DNA of 64,000 bases, from positions 9,598-73,597 of the forward strand of contig CAYQXY010000004.1 of NCBI GenBank assembly GCA_964421595.1. The letters run 5' to 3'. The notes below the pieces were generated by a model that was not told the origin of the DNA, searched no databases, and saw only the letters and a list, made by a program, of their open reading frames with translations. The stretch's first letter is position 1, and each line of letters starts with the position of its first letter. Origin of the DNA: an uncultured Bacteroidales bacterium (lineage in GTDB: Bacteria; Bacteroidota; Bacteroidia; Bacteroidales; PUMT01). The position numbers and the translations under genes were made by a program. Below are positions 1 to 10,205 of the stretch, one piece after another.

Positions 1-161
1 ATAGTAATGCTGTGCTCAACAGCATAGTCAAGTGCTTCCTGAAGAGAAACCTCAAAAGGCAAGGTATCAGATTCAGAAACTTTTTTCACTGATGATCCTG
101 CAGTATTAAAGGAATAGAGAAACAGCAGGAGACATAATGAGAATATAGTTGGACGTTGCAT
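1..161 (-). CDS. TolC-family outer membrane efflux protein, N-terminal fragment (continues beyond window start)
   Basis: Reverse-strand ATG at 161-159 gives MQRPTIFSLCLLLFLYSFNTAGSSVKKVSESDTLPFEVSLQEALDYAVEHSIT. This is a signal peptide followed by the SLxEALxxAxxH opening typical of TolC/OprM-type outer membrane factors. It is absent from the ORF track because fewer than 60 aa lie inside the window. Confidence 0.45.
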   Translation of the reverse strand, partial: MQRPTIFSLCLLLFLYSFNTAGSSVKKVSESDTLPFEVSLQEALDYAVEHSIT

Positions 162-527
162 AGGGGAAAACGGGTTAATGAGGTTTAAAGAGTGTTTAAA
201 TTATTTAACTAAGTGTCAAACAGTTTTTTTCTACAAATTGTTCAGCGTTTTATTTTTATTTAATCTCAAAATTATGTTATGTTGAATTAACATTAAAATT
301 TAAATCGGCGAATGGTAGATTAGTGCCGGTAAGCAGCTGAGACCTTTTAAATTCAGCACGGTTTTGTAATAGTTATTATTTATTTAAAACGATGATTCCG
401 GTAACATAACATAGATTATGCCATAATGTGCAAATTAATCACAACATGTTAGTTAGGTGGTGTGTGTAGCCTGCATAGAGGGCAAAAGTGTCCGGTTTTG
501 AATAGGTGTAAGTACGCAATCGGACAG

Positions 528-1688
528 TCAGGCAGGTGATGACGAAGTAATCTTTTTCCTTGCAATGTTAAAAATAATTAATATGGCTATCATGCAAACA
601 GGAACAAGAGCAAGAGACAATCTGAGGTTAAAATGACCCGCAAGCAGTCCCGCGATATAAGGCAGAGACATGCCGCCAAAAAGCGCTATTGCCAGAATTA
701 TACTGAAAGCAGTTCCCGAGTAATCGGGAAAAAGGTTTCCGACATATGCAAAAACGAGCGGGAATACAGCGGCAAACCCCAGTCCCGTAATAAGGAGGCC
801 CGGCAATGCCATCAATGGTGAGGTAGCGGTCAGCAGCATTACTGAACCTGCAACCGAAATGAGCAGCGATGCTATCATTACTTTACTCATCGAAACAGTC
901 CGCAATATCTTGCTTATGGCAAGTCTCGAGATAATAAGTCCAAGCCAGTACAGCGAAAGGAATAGTACCGATTGACTGGCCGGGATATTCAACTCTTCCA
1001 GAAAAAAAGTTGCTGACCAGCCGCTTACTGTCATCTCCATTCCGCTCTGAAAAAACAGGATCATGCCAAAAAGGATAATTGCCGGCTTCTTAGCAAGCTT
1101 TAACCCGTCTTTTAATGGAAAACCCTGTTCATGTTTTGGTGCCGGGAACTTTAAGAAAGTAAAAAACAGCAGAGGCACAATAATCAGGGCGCCTACCAAT
1201 CCTATCAGAGCTTCGAAAGAAAAACGATCAAGTGAGGTGCCAAGAAGGAATGGAACTCCCAGCGCACCTATCCCAAAGAAGACCCCGAGCAGGCTAAGTC
1301 CCGAACCGCGGTTTTCTTCACTGATATCAGATATAAGGGCATTCGTTCCGCCATTTACCGCACCACCGGCAAATCCAACAAAAAAAAGAGATAATTTAAG
1401 AATTGCTACCGAACTGGCAAATGCAATGCCTTCGATACTTGCAAATACAAGAGCTGAATTTACGATCAGCAATCCTTTATAACCATACCGGTCAACAACC
1501 GGACCGAACATTAATGATCCGATCATCATCCCCATGCTCATTACAATGAACAATGATCCGGCGTCGGCATGATTTATATTGAACTTATGAGTTACAGAAG
1601 GAAGTACAGATCCAAGTACTGTGATTACTACACCAAAAATAAGCATTCCCATGCATCCTGCGGCAAAGATTAGTTTTTTGTTATACAT
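528..1688 (-). CDS. MFS transporter (probable sugar permease)
   Basis: 386 aa with about 12 hydrophobic segments. MFS loop 2-3 motif GPVVDRYGYKG. Co-oriented and 81 nt downstream of the GH42-like gene. Confidence 0.85.
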   Translation of the reverse strand: MYNKKLIFAAGCMGMLIFGVVITVLGSVLPSVTHKFNINHADAGSLFIVMSMGMMIGSLMFGPVVDRYGYKGLLIVNSALVFASIEGIAFASSVAILKLSLFFVGFAGGAVNGGTNALISDISEENRGSGLSLLGVFFGIGALGVPFLLGTSLDRFSFEALIGLVGALIIVPLLFFTFLKFPAPKHEQGFPLKDGLKLAKKPAIILFGMILFFQSGMEMTVSGWSATFFLEELNIPASQSVLFLSLYWLGLIISRLAISKILRTVSMSKVMIASLLISVAGSVMLLTATSPLMALPGLLITGLGFAAVFPLVFAYVGNLFPDYSGTAFSIILAIALFGGMSLPYIAGLLAGHFNLRLSLALVPVCMIAILIIFNIARKKITSSSPA

Positions 1689-1769
1689 TGAGAAGTATTA
1701 GCAGGTTTGATTTGATATAATTTGAATGTTTTACTGTGAAGCCCGGTTTATGAATCTCCTCCGGCTTTA

Positions 1770-4055
1770 TTACCATATTTCCCAAACTGTAACCTGTTTG
1801 GCGTCTATGGTGGTATCAAGCTGCAGTATATTATTCCTTGATCTTATCCGGCTTACCTGATCGAGCATAAGGTCTCTGACCCTGTAATTTTTGTTGTCAC
1901 CGGTGCTCAGGTCGATCCTTACTTCTTCTATGGTGTCACTGTGATTTATTATATATAATACATATCCACGGTCATTGTTTTGCAAGCGGACCTCCACCTG
2001 TGACTCCTTGTTGCCATCATGAGAGGTAATGAACGGCCTGTCAATTTGAGCCCAGTTGAGAAGGTTGATAAAGAAGGCTTCATTGTTCAGGTCAGGATCG
2101 GGATGGTTGGCCATTCCCAGGTAGGTACCTGCCAGTATGGCCTCGCCTTTTCCATACTTTGCACTAACAATTGAAGCACTCCCGTCTTCAAGCTCTGCAA
2201 GAACTTCAACTTCCCTGTCCGCTAAAGGAACTACCGACTTGGCATACAGTGAACCTTTCAGGGTAAGCCCTGAAGACAGGTTTGATGTAGATGGGTGTGA
2301 AGTATTTGTTATTTCGATATTAACTTCATCGCGCATCCTCACCTCATGTTCCCTGACCCCGAATACTTCATGCAGTCCAAGACCCGGAATAATTTCCGAG
2401 GCATAGCCTCTGTCATCGTTCCAGCCTATTCTGGCTTCAGCCAGAACATGTCCGCCATTTTCAACATAAGCTTTAATCCCTTCAGCTGCTTCCCTGGTTA
2501 TCATTACCGGCCACGGCAGTATAACCAGTTTATATTGGGAAAGCTCCTGGTTTTCCACGTGTTCACGATGAATAAAGTCCACCGGCACATTATGATCGGC
2601 AAATGCCCTGAAATAACCTATCAGGGAGTTTGAATGGGCGCCTGGATAATCACGACGTTGCATGCCTCCAACCATCTGTGAGAGAGGATTGTATACGATG
2701 CCAATTTCAGCTTTGGCAGGGGTGGAGGAAAGAAACAGTTGCTGGTTATTATCAACCACCCTGGCTATTTCGCCGGCATGTACCGCACGTTCTGTTAAGG
2801 TACCATCGAGGTTTATCAGTCCGTAACCACCCGCCTCATACCCTGAAGACATCGGATAGTAGGCGTATACATTAACTCCCTTTGCACCCTTAGCCAGTGC
2901 TGACCATGCCCAGATACGGTGATCGTCAGGAACTACCGGGTCGCTTACAAGCAGCGCAATGGTCCCCATTCCAGCCTGCAGTTCACCAACGTACCATCCT
3001 CCTTTTTCTCTGTTTGCGCTTCTTGTAAAATCCATCACAGCACGTAAAGTTGTAACTGACCAGTGTCGGTCAGGATGATTATGTTTTGGGTACAGTGAAA
3101 CACCGTAATAATCAAGAGGGCGTGCCATCAGGAAATCATCTGTTGCACCGGCGCCGACGTGCGGTGACTGGAACAGGGATGCTCCGACTGCATGAGCTGT
3201 TATTATGCTGGCCGTGTCGGCCTTCCTGATCGCCTCATATCTCACCCGCATGTCATCTACAAGTTTTTCGTAAATAAATGTCTTCCAGTCGATGAAGTCT
3301 GTATAACTTAGAATAGTACTGAACCGGGGAGGGTCAACCTGGTTCCAGTCGCTGAAATTTCTGTACCATGACTGGTTCAGTGCTTCGAGTGACTGGTATT
3401 TATCCATCAGCCACCATCTGAACCTGGTTCTTGTGCCGGGACAAAAGCAAAACTGAACGTTGGGTACATAATCAATGTGAGCCCAGTTAATTATATGTGG
3501 TTCGCTCCACAGATCCCATCCATATAAGTTCGGGTATTGTATGGCAACTTTTGCGGTTTCTGTATAAAATGCAAGCACTGCATCGCTAACTTCCTGATTG
3601 TCTGTGCAGGCCCCGGGTGCTGACTGAGGATGTACCTTAATTCCACTCTGGGTTTCAAACAGGGCATGCGGAAACTCTTCCTCCACCCAGTCCGGTGCCG
3701 AATCGGCATACATTTGTATGAACACCCGCAGCCCTTCTTCCCGGGCAAGTCTCATCAGCAGATGAAGGTTATCGAAATTGTATTCTCCTCTGACAGGTTC
3801 ACAGGTTGCCCATTCAACCCAGGTGCGGACTGTATTGAAGCCAAGCTTTTTTATCTGTTGAAGGTCATGACGCCATTCATTTTCAGAATACTGATCAATT
3901 CCGGAAAGCATAGGGGCACGAGCCTTTCCGCCACTATACCATACAGAAAAAGGAAAAAAATCAGGTCTTGCAGTGGTATCTGCGACATCTGCCCGGGAAG
4001 GGCTGATGAATATTATCAGGAAAAGAATAGCCAGTATGCACTTTGTTCGTTTCAC
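1770..4055 (-). CDS. Secreted GH42-like glycoside hydrolase (beta-galactosidase family)
   Basis: Signal peptide MKRTKCILAILFLIIFISPSRA. GH42-type TIM-barrel opening (WRHDLQQIKKLGFNTVRTWVEWATCEPVRGEYNF). Central GH42M-like domain (YKLVILPWPVMITREAAEGIKAYVENGGHVLAE). Confidence 0.75.
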   Translation of the reverse strand: MKRTKCILAILFLIIFISPSRADVADTTARPDFFPFSVWYSGGKARAPMLSGIDQYSENEWRHDLQQIKKLGFNTVRTWVEWATCEPVRGEYNFDNLHLLMRLAREEGLRVFIQMYADSAPDWVEEEFPHALFETQSGIKVHPQSAPGACTDNQEVSDAVLAFYTETAKVAIQYPNLYGWDLWSEPHIINWAHIDYVPNVQFCFCPGTRTRFRWWLMDKYQSLEALNQSWYRNFSDWNQVDPPRFSTILSYTDFIDWKTFIYEKLVDDMRVRYEAIRKADTASIITAHAVGASLFQSPHVGAGATDDFLMARPLDYYGVSLYPKHNHPDRHWSVTTLRAVMDFTRSANREKGGWYVGELQAGMGTIALLVSDPVVPDDHRIWAWSALAKGAKGVNVYAYYPMSSGYEAGGYGLINLDGTLTERAVHAGEIARVVDNNQQLFLSSTPAKAEIGIVYNPLSQMVGGMQRRDYPGAHSNSLIGYFRAFADHNVPVDFIHREHVENQELSQYKLVILPWPVMITREAAEGIKAYVENGGHVLAEARIGWNDDRGYASEIIPGLGLHEVFGVREHEVRMRDEVNIEITNTSHPSTSNLSSGLTLKGSLYAKSVVPLADREVEVLAELEDGSASIVSAKYGKGEAILAGTYLGMANHPDPDLNNEAFFINLLNWAQIDRPFITSHDGNKESQVEVRLQNNDRGYVLYIINHSDTIEEVRIDLSTGDNKNYRVRDLMLDQVSRIRSRNNILQLDTTIDAKQVTVWEIW

Positions 4056-4209
4056 AGGAATATATTTTAGTTAAGAATACCTTCTGAAATTATAACTAAT
4101 TCTCATGTTATATCAGGTGGAAATATAGACATTTTTTGAGAAAACATTGCCGGTAGTGCGTTATATGGACGACACCTTTGAACATATATCCGGAAACTTT
4201 AGCCGTATA

Positions 4210-5493
4210 TTAAACCTGGAAAAAAATGCCTGCAATAAGAATTCCCGCAATAACGGCAGTCAGATCGGCAAAGAGTCCGCAACCCACAGCATACCTTGTA
4301 TTACGAATACCCACAGCGCCGAAATATACTGCAACAGTATAGAATGTGGTTTCTGTAGAACCCTGAAAAGTTGCGGCGAGTCTTCCCACAAAGGAATCAA
4401 CTCCGTAATGTATAAATGCTTCTGTCATCATACCCCTGGCACCACTTCCACTGAGTGGTTTCATGAATGCGGTGGGCAGGGCACCCACAAATTCCGTGTC
4501 AATCCCAAACACACCCACGAGGGCACCTATAGCCGAAACAATCATATCAAGAGCCCCCGATGCACGAAGAACGCCTATTGCAACAAGCATTGCAAGTAAG
4601 TATGGAATTATATTAACGGCTACCTGGAAGCCTTCTTTGGCTCCTTCAATAAACTGATCATATACATTTACTTTTTTTCTCCATGCCAGCAGGATGAATA
4701 GAACAATTATCAGAAACAAAAACAGATTTCCGGCAAAGGCTGAAACAACACCGATAGTAGCCGATGCCATACTGCTGAAAGTCCATAATATCAACCCGAT
4801 TAAAATTGAGAGTCCTCCAATATACCCCAGCACCACCCTGTTGAACAGATTAATACGCTGAATTGCCGATACTATAAGCAGGCCTGCAATTGTTGAGAAA
4901 AATGTCGTTAACATAATAGGAAGGAAAATATCAGCCGGATTTGCTGCATCATATGCCACACGAATTGCCATTACTGAAACCGGGATCAAAGTTAGTCCAC
5001 TGGTGTTAAGCACAATAAACATTATCTGGGCATCGGAAGCCTTGTCCTTTTCAGGATTTGCTTCCTGCAGTTCCCGCATCGCCTTAATCCCTAATGGAGT
5101 AGCTGCATTGTCCAGACCAAGCATGTTGGCGCATATATTCATCGTCATTGAACCAAATGCAGGATGGTTATCCGGAAGACCCGGGAATATCTTTTTAAAG
5201 AAAGGCTTCACAAGCCATGTCAAACCGGTTACAGCACCACCCTTCTCACCTATTCGCATTATCCCAAGCCAGAGCGTCATTACACCAATAAGGTAAATGG
5301 CAATATTAACACTTTCACTTGCCATGGTGAAAGTACTTTGTACAATGGCTGTGAATACATCCCTGTCAGCCTCACTGAATTCTATTCCAAGCAGAGGCTC
5401 GAGAAATCCACCCATAGCATATCCAATAACCCTGATCAGGGCAACGATCATTCCGGTTATGAAAAAACCGATCCAGATATAATTAAGTGTCAT
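4210..5493 (-). CDS. Nucleoside-recognition (Gate) domain membrane protein, SpmA/SpmB-like fusion
   Basis: 427 aa polytopic membrane protein. The N- and C-terminal halves resemble SpmA and SpmB spore-maturation-type proteins. This is a family-level call from sequence character only. Confidence 0.6.
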   Translation of the reverse strand: MTLNYIWIGFFITGMIVALIRVIGYAMGGFLEPLLGIEFSEADRDVFTAIVQSTFTMASESVNIAIYLIGVMTLWLGIMRIGEKGGAVTGLTWLVKPFFKKIFPGLPDNHPAFGSMTMNICANMLGLDNAATPLGIKAMRELQEANPEKDKASDAQIMFIVLNTSGLTLIPVSVMAIRVAYDAANPADIFLPIMLTTFFSTIAGLLIVSAIQRINLFNRVVLGYIGGLSILIGLILWTFSSMASATIGVVSAFAGNLFLFLIIVLFILLAWRKKVNVYDQFIEGAKEGFQVAVNIIPYLLAMLVAIGVLRASGALDMIVSAIGALVGVFGIDTEFVGALPTAFMKPLSGSGARGMMTEAFIHYGVDSFVGRLAATFQGSTETTFYTVAVYFGAVGIRNTRYAVGCGLFADLTAVIAGILIAGIFFQV

Positions 5494-5567
5494 TTAAGTA
5501 ATTTGAAGCAGTATAACTCATATGTGGTTTTTCGGCCGACTAATATAAAGGAAAAAGCTGGTTTTTA

Positions 5568-6332
5568 TTACTTTTTTTCGAAACCGTGGTCCTTTTTTGG
5601 AACGGAAAAAAACTCTGTTACGGAAGGTTGATCTGAATTAAGTGCCTCCTTTATCGTGCCCTGGAAAATTACAACTCCTTTCTCAAGATAAATAACACGG
5701 TTTGCGATACGAAGAATGCTGGATACTTCATGAGAGATCATAAATATTGACATGCCCAGCAGATTTTTCAGATTAATTATCAATTTATCAAGAGATTCCA
5801 GAGATACCGGATCGAGTCCGGCACCCGGCTCGTCGCAGAAGAGAAGTGGTGGATCCATGACAATGGCCCTGGCAAGGGCAGCTCTTTTAAGCATACCACC
5901 ACTCAGCTGGGAAGGGTACTGGTGATATGCTTCCTCAAGATTTACAAGTCCGAGTTTTTTGTAAACAATATTTTCAATAAGCTTGTCCGGCAGATTGGTA
6001 TGCTGAATCAGAGGAAGTGCAATATTTTCGGCAACAGACATTGAGTTTAGCAATGCTGCGTTCTGATAAAAAACACCCATCTTTAAATAGAGAGCTATCT
6101 GCTGCTTCTCAGTGAGGGAAGTAATATCCTGGCCGAGAAGATAAATTTCTCCCTTTTCCACAGGATAAAGGCCCAGAAGATGTCTCAGCAAGGTTGTTTT
6201 ACCAGACCCGCTTACGCCAAGCAGCACAGTAACTTCTCCCTTATTGGCTGTAAGATTAACGTCGCTGAGGATTTCATTCCCATCAAGTATTGATGAAAGA
6301 TGCCGTACCTCTATTACCTTTTCTTCATTCAC
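5568..6332 (-). CDS. mlaF: ABC transporter ATP-binding protein, MlaF-like
   Basis: Walker A GVSGSGKT, signature LSGGMLKR, Walker B LLFCDEP. Last gene of the MCE/Mla operon. Confidence 0.85.
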   Translation of the reverse strand: MNEEKVIEVRHLSSILDGNEILSDVNLTANKGEVTVLLGVSGSGKTTLLRHLLGLYPVEKGEIYLLGQDITSLTEKQQIALYLKMGVFYQNAALLNSMSVAENIALPLIQHTNLPDKLIENIVYKKLGLVNLEEAYHQYPSQLSGGMLKRAALARAIVMDPPLLFCDEPGAGLDPVSLESLDKLIINLKNLLGMSIFMISHEVSSILRIANRVIYLEKGVVIFQGTIKEALNSDQPSVTEFFSVPKKDHGFEKK

Positions 6333-6472
6333 AACCGGATATTTTTTGGGGTGTGTTTAAGTTGATCTTATAATACTGACAGTTTTAGCTTCTTGTCTGA
6401 TATTTGCCATGTACAGATCACTTTCATAATAAATTTTTTTAGATTTCCCTTTTGACAGCACGCCGTGACTTA

Positions 6473-7612
6473 TCAATAAAAAAGCAGCCCCATTAAACTG
6501 TCTGCCAGAATTACAAGCGAAATGGAAGTCACAACTGCTTCTGTAGTTACTCTGCCGACACCTTCAGCACCGCGTTCCACACTTAATCCGTAAAAGCTTC
6601 CTGTAAGTACTATTATACCGGCATATACCTGACTTTTTATTAATCCGGTCAACAGGTCCTTGTTATACATTACGCTTTCCATCCTGTTGATGAATATCTC
6701 GGGAGTAATATTCAGGTTGATATAAGCTGCCAGTGCCCCGCCGGTTATACCTGATACATTAGCCAGGATAATCAGGAAAGGCATAGTAAACATACATGCA
6801 TAAAGTTTTGGAACCACAACAAACCGCAGAGGGTTCAATCCCATAGTATGAAGAGCATCCAGTTCTGACGAAACCTTCATTGACGCAATCTCTGCAGCTA
6901 TCGCCGAACCGCTTCGGCCGGAAACCATAATGGCAGTTATCAGAGGCCCCATCTGGCTCATCATGGCAATAACAGTAAGGTCGACAATATATATATCTGC
7001 CCCGAAATGCCTGAGTTCCCTGGCTGAGTGCAATGCAAGAACAAGTCCGATTGCAAATGACATAACAATAATTATAAAAGCGGCATTTACCCCAATAAGG
7101 ACCGACTGATTTACAAACTCACCCTTTCTGCTTGTCTTTGGAGTAAACATATCATGTAAAGCCCAATAGAATATATTGGCTGCCAGTACAAAAAATTCGT
7201 AGATGTAGGATGTGAAAAATTCAAAGGCTCGCTGACCAGTACGCTCAAGCAGATTTAATCTTTCCGGTAATTTTTTTTTAACAGTTTCAGAAGGTTTGAA
7301 GAGCTCCAGTTTTTCCTGAACAGTTTGACTTCCTCCTTCGAGCTTGACTACACAGCCCTTGTCTGTTAAAGAATTAATAATATAATACAATGCTATTACA
7401 CCGGCACTGTCTATCTCATTGATATTGTCTATATCGATCAATATACTGGATAGCTTCAGATCACCTGTTTTCCTGGTAATTACCCTGACAAAATTTCCTG
7501 ATTCGGCAATCCCAAGGTTTCCGGATATCTCCATTCTGTTATCATCCAGCAGACACCGGATGTTTGGGGAATCTATCAAAGTTTTCTTTATTTGCCGTTT
7601 TGCCGGTCTCAT
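6473..7612 (-). CDS. mlaE: MlaE-family ABC permease with N-terminal STAS (MlaB-like) domain
   Basis: 379 aa. The first ~110 aa are STAS-like (IDNINEIDSAGVIALYYIINSL). The rest is a YrbE/MlaE-type 5-6 TM permease. Confidence 0.8.
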   Translation of the reverse strand: MRPAKRQIKKTLIDSPNIRCLLDDNRMEISGNLGIAESGNFVRVITRKTGDLKLSSILIDIDNINEIDSAGVIALYYIINSLTDKGCVVKLEGGSQTVQEKLELFKPSETVKKKLPERLNLLERTGQRAFEFFTSYIYEFFVLAANIFYWALHDMFTPKTSRKGEFVNQSVLIGVNAAFIIIVMSFAIGLVLALHSARELRHFGADIYIVDLTVIAMMSQMGPLITAIMVSGRSGSAIAAEIASMKVSSELDALHTMGLNPLRFVVVPKLYACMFTMPFLIILANVSGITGGALAAYINLNITPEIFINRMESVMYNKDLLTGLIKSQVYAGIIVLTGSFYGLSVERGAEGVGRVTTEAVVTSISLVILADSLMGLLFY

Positions 7613-7693
7613 AAACCATTTAATGATTTCAGCCGGTTACGGCTTTGTGAGATGAATTGATGCTTGCAGTGGATCATGTAAAAGGGCTTAAAT

Positions 7694-8293
7694 CTATTCA
7701 TATAATTTTAATATACCACCGAGAAAATGGTCAAGTTCCTCAACAAACATCACACTCACTGACCTGGCAAACAGATTAAGATTCGGGTCATCCATTTCAG
7801 TGGTGCTGCTGTTAAGATGCTCTGATACTATATTGCCCGAATCATTGTCAATAAGCCTGAACCGTACTACAAGGTGGGCATGATAATCATTACGTTCCCT
7901 GACAACTTCCAGACGATGGACCACAGTTTCAATTGAGTAGATTGCATCATGAACAGGTGAAGTATGATGAACCCTGCTGAAGACCCTGTTATCGTCGAGG
8001 TAATCAAGTAAAATTCGGGTAAAACCGGCCTCTGGTCTAATTGCCCAGTGATTAAATGAATAGTACCTTATTTCGTGGCTGTCTTCCCTGTATGCAATCT
8101 GGTTTGTAGAAAATGCCGGATAGATATCAACAGGGTTAACATAACATGAACTTTCTATTGTGCGGCCAGGAATATTTACTGATATGTCACGGGGGTATTC
8201 AAGAATGTAAAACCTGTTTATTGCTGTCCTGCTGCCCCGGCATCCCGGCATTAAAAGTATGGCCAATAAAATAATAATAAAAAAATTCTTCAT
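7694..8293 (-). CDS. ABC-transport auxiliary lipoprotein (PqiC/YmbA, DUF330-like)
   Basis: Lipobox LLMPGC. ~200 aa, lying between the MCE and MlaE genes as PqiC-type lipoproteins do. Confidence 0.6.
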   Translation of the reverse strand: MKNFFIIILLAILLMPGCRGSRTAINRFYILEYPRDISVNIPGRTIESSCYVNPVDIYPAFSTNQIAYREDSHEIRYYSFNHWAIRPEAGFTRILLDYLDDNRVFSRVHHTSPVHDAIYSIETVVHRLEVVRERNDYHAHLVVRFRLIDNDSGNIVSEHLNSSTTEMDDPNLNLFARSVSVMFVEELDHFLGGILKLYE

Positions 8294-8381
8294 CCGGCAA
8301 ATTTAAAATTAATAATCCAATCTGAGTAAATTTCAGGTGGTTTACGGACGGATCAACCTTTTCAGTTGATTCCACTCACTG

Positions 8382-9431
8382 TCAGTTTCCCTGAAGGTGT
8401 CTGTCCGGAGTACCTCTTAAATTCTGCCCCCTGACAAGCACCGAGGGGTCGGCATTGATTTTCCTTGCAGCCTGGTTCAGGTTTTCCAGGGTATACTGGA
8501 GAAGTAAAAGATTATCATTAACCTGTTCGCTGCTCGATGCAAAGTCTTCATCCAGTCTCAGTAATAGCTTCTGGGTTTGCATGGTGGCCAGGGCAACACT
8601 CTCAATAAGCTCTTTGACATCAGCTTCGCGCACTGAGAGGGAAATGTCTCTCAGGTTTCCCAGAAGCTCTCCTATATCGTCACCCTGCATCAATTCGTTA
8701 AACCTGCCGATGCCTGAATGCAGATCTTCAGAGGTCATTTCAAGGCGACCGCTAAGCTGGTTAATTGAGGCAGACGCTTCCCTTATATCCTGACGGTTTT
8801 CGGTAACTACAGCATCGAGGGTTGACATAGCCATACTTGTGTTTTCAGCAAGCAGTGATAGTTTTTCAGCGGTTTCTGCAAATTTGCCAATATTCTCAGG
8901 CATGGTGAACTCTTGCAGATTATTGAGAACTTCCTCAACCTTATATGCAATTACCTCGGCCCTTCCCGTAATTTCTGCTACCATTGAAGTTCCCGGTTTA
9001 ATGAACTCACCTGGTTCCAGGAAATCTGCTTCCTGCGAGCCACCGCTGATTTCAATTGTTTTTAGCCCGGTAATGCCCAGGGCGACAATATCGGCAATAG
9101 CATCTACCTTAACAGGTGTGTCGCGGGTAAGTGAAATTTCAACGATAATAGTGCTTACACTTTTGGGATCGATGCGTATATTGGAGATCGAACCAACATT
9201 GATCCCGAGATATTTAACCGGACTCCCGGTTTCAAGTCCGCTAACTGAGATACCCTGATAGGCTACATAATAATAATCCTTCTGTTCAAATAACCTGCGT
9301 GCTGTAAAAAAGCCTATGATTACCAGCAGTAATACCGAACTGAACAAAATAAATATCCCCAATCTGACACGTTGTGCTTTTCCCTTCATTTTAGTATTTA
9401 TTATGGTTGTTGTAAATTTAGGAAAAACCAT
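8382..9431 (-). CDS. mlaD: MlaD/MCE-domain protein
   Basis: N-terminal TM anchor (LGIFILFSSVLLLVIIGFF). MCE domain (YYVAYQGISVSGLETGSPVKYLGINVGSISNIRIDP). Long helical C-terminus. An alternative start at MKGKAQRV (9389) is possible. Confidence 0.8.
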   Translation of the reverse strand: MVFPKFTTTIINTKMKGKAQRVRLGIFILFSSVLLLVIIGFFTARRLFEQKDYYYVAYQGISVSGLETGSPVKYLGINVGSISNIRIDPKSVSTIIVEISLTRDTPVKVDAIADIVALGITGLKTIEISGGSQEADFLEPGEFIKPGTSMVAEITGRAEVIAYKVEEVLNNLQEFTMPENIGKFAETAEKLSLLAENTSMAMSTLDAVVTENRQDIREASASINQLSGRLEMTSEDLHSGIGRFNELMQGDDIGELLGNLRDISLSVREADVKELIESVALATMQTQKLLLRLDEDFASSSEQVNDNLLLLQYTLENLNQAARKINADPSVLVRGQNLRGTPDRHLQGN

Positions 9432-9583
9432 AGTAAATATTCAATCAAACTGAAAAAATTCAATTAGAGGCAGAATGTTATACATTTTACCGGTAATAAA
9501 TGGCAACCATTTGTTTTTTTACTATTTTTAGCTTTTTATATATTTTGTTTTTAAAAACAGCCAGTTTACTAAAATTTATTAAA

Positions 9584-9982
9584 ATGAGAAAAAGTTTTAT
9601 TATCACAACAGTATTGATTTCACTAATTGCAGGAAGTTGTGTTTCAAACACTGAACAAGTTATGGAAACCAAGGAAGATCATTCTAAGATTATCGCTGCA
9701 TGGATTTCAATCCAGCCCGAACATATTGATGAATTTATTGTTCTGTTCAGCGAACTTACAGAGTTAACACTTCAGGAACCAGGATGTACCGAGTATAAAT
9801 TAATGCAGGACCCATCTGATCCGGGTAGTTTTCTCGTATTTGAGACTTATGTAAACCAGGCTGCAGTGGATGCGCATTTTGCAGCTCCCTATTTTACCGA
9901 ATACGGTGAAAAAATAGGTGCTCTTACATCTAAACCTGCCGAAATAGTGGTTTATGATGTTGCTGGTGAAACCAGACCATAA
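9584..9982 (+). CDS. ABM (antibiotic biosynthesis monooxygenase/YgiN-like) domain lipoprotein
   Basis: I chose the internal ATG at 9584, which gives MRKSFIITTVLISLIAGSC (lipobox). ABM-like core FLVFETYVNQAAVDAHFAAPYF. Confidence 0.7.
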   Translation: MRKSFIITTVLISLIAGSCVSNTEQVMETKEDHSKIIAAWISIQPEHIDEFIVLFSELTELTLQEPGCTEYKLMQDPSDPGSFLVFETYVNQAAVDAHFAAPYFTEYGEKIGALTSKPAEIVVYDVAGETRP

Positions 9983-10130
9983 AGTTATCTTTATGTAGTT
10001 TCTGCTTCTGCTGTACGATCTTCCGGAGCCTTATTAAGATTTGAGTTTATGAGTTGCCCATGTCCTGCAAATATTGGTGATTTATAGGCATCCGAACATA
10101 ATTAGCTGATAATTAATTGAATTTTCCCGG

Positions 10131-10205
10131 ATCGGAATTTGAATACTGTAAAAGAATTGCCGGCTTGAAATAATTAACTTATTATTTATTTTACAGCTCT
10201 TTTGG
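10131..10205 (+). repeat. Partial diverged copy of the 3' half of the 10.2-kb intergenic element
   Basis: ATCGGAATTTGAATACTG...TAATTAACTTATTATTTATTTTACAGCTCTTTTGG aligns by eye (roughly two-thirds identity) with 10263-10342. Confidence 0.4.
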
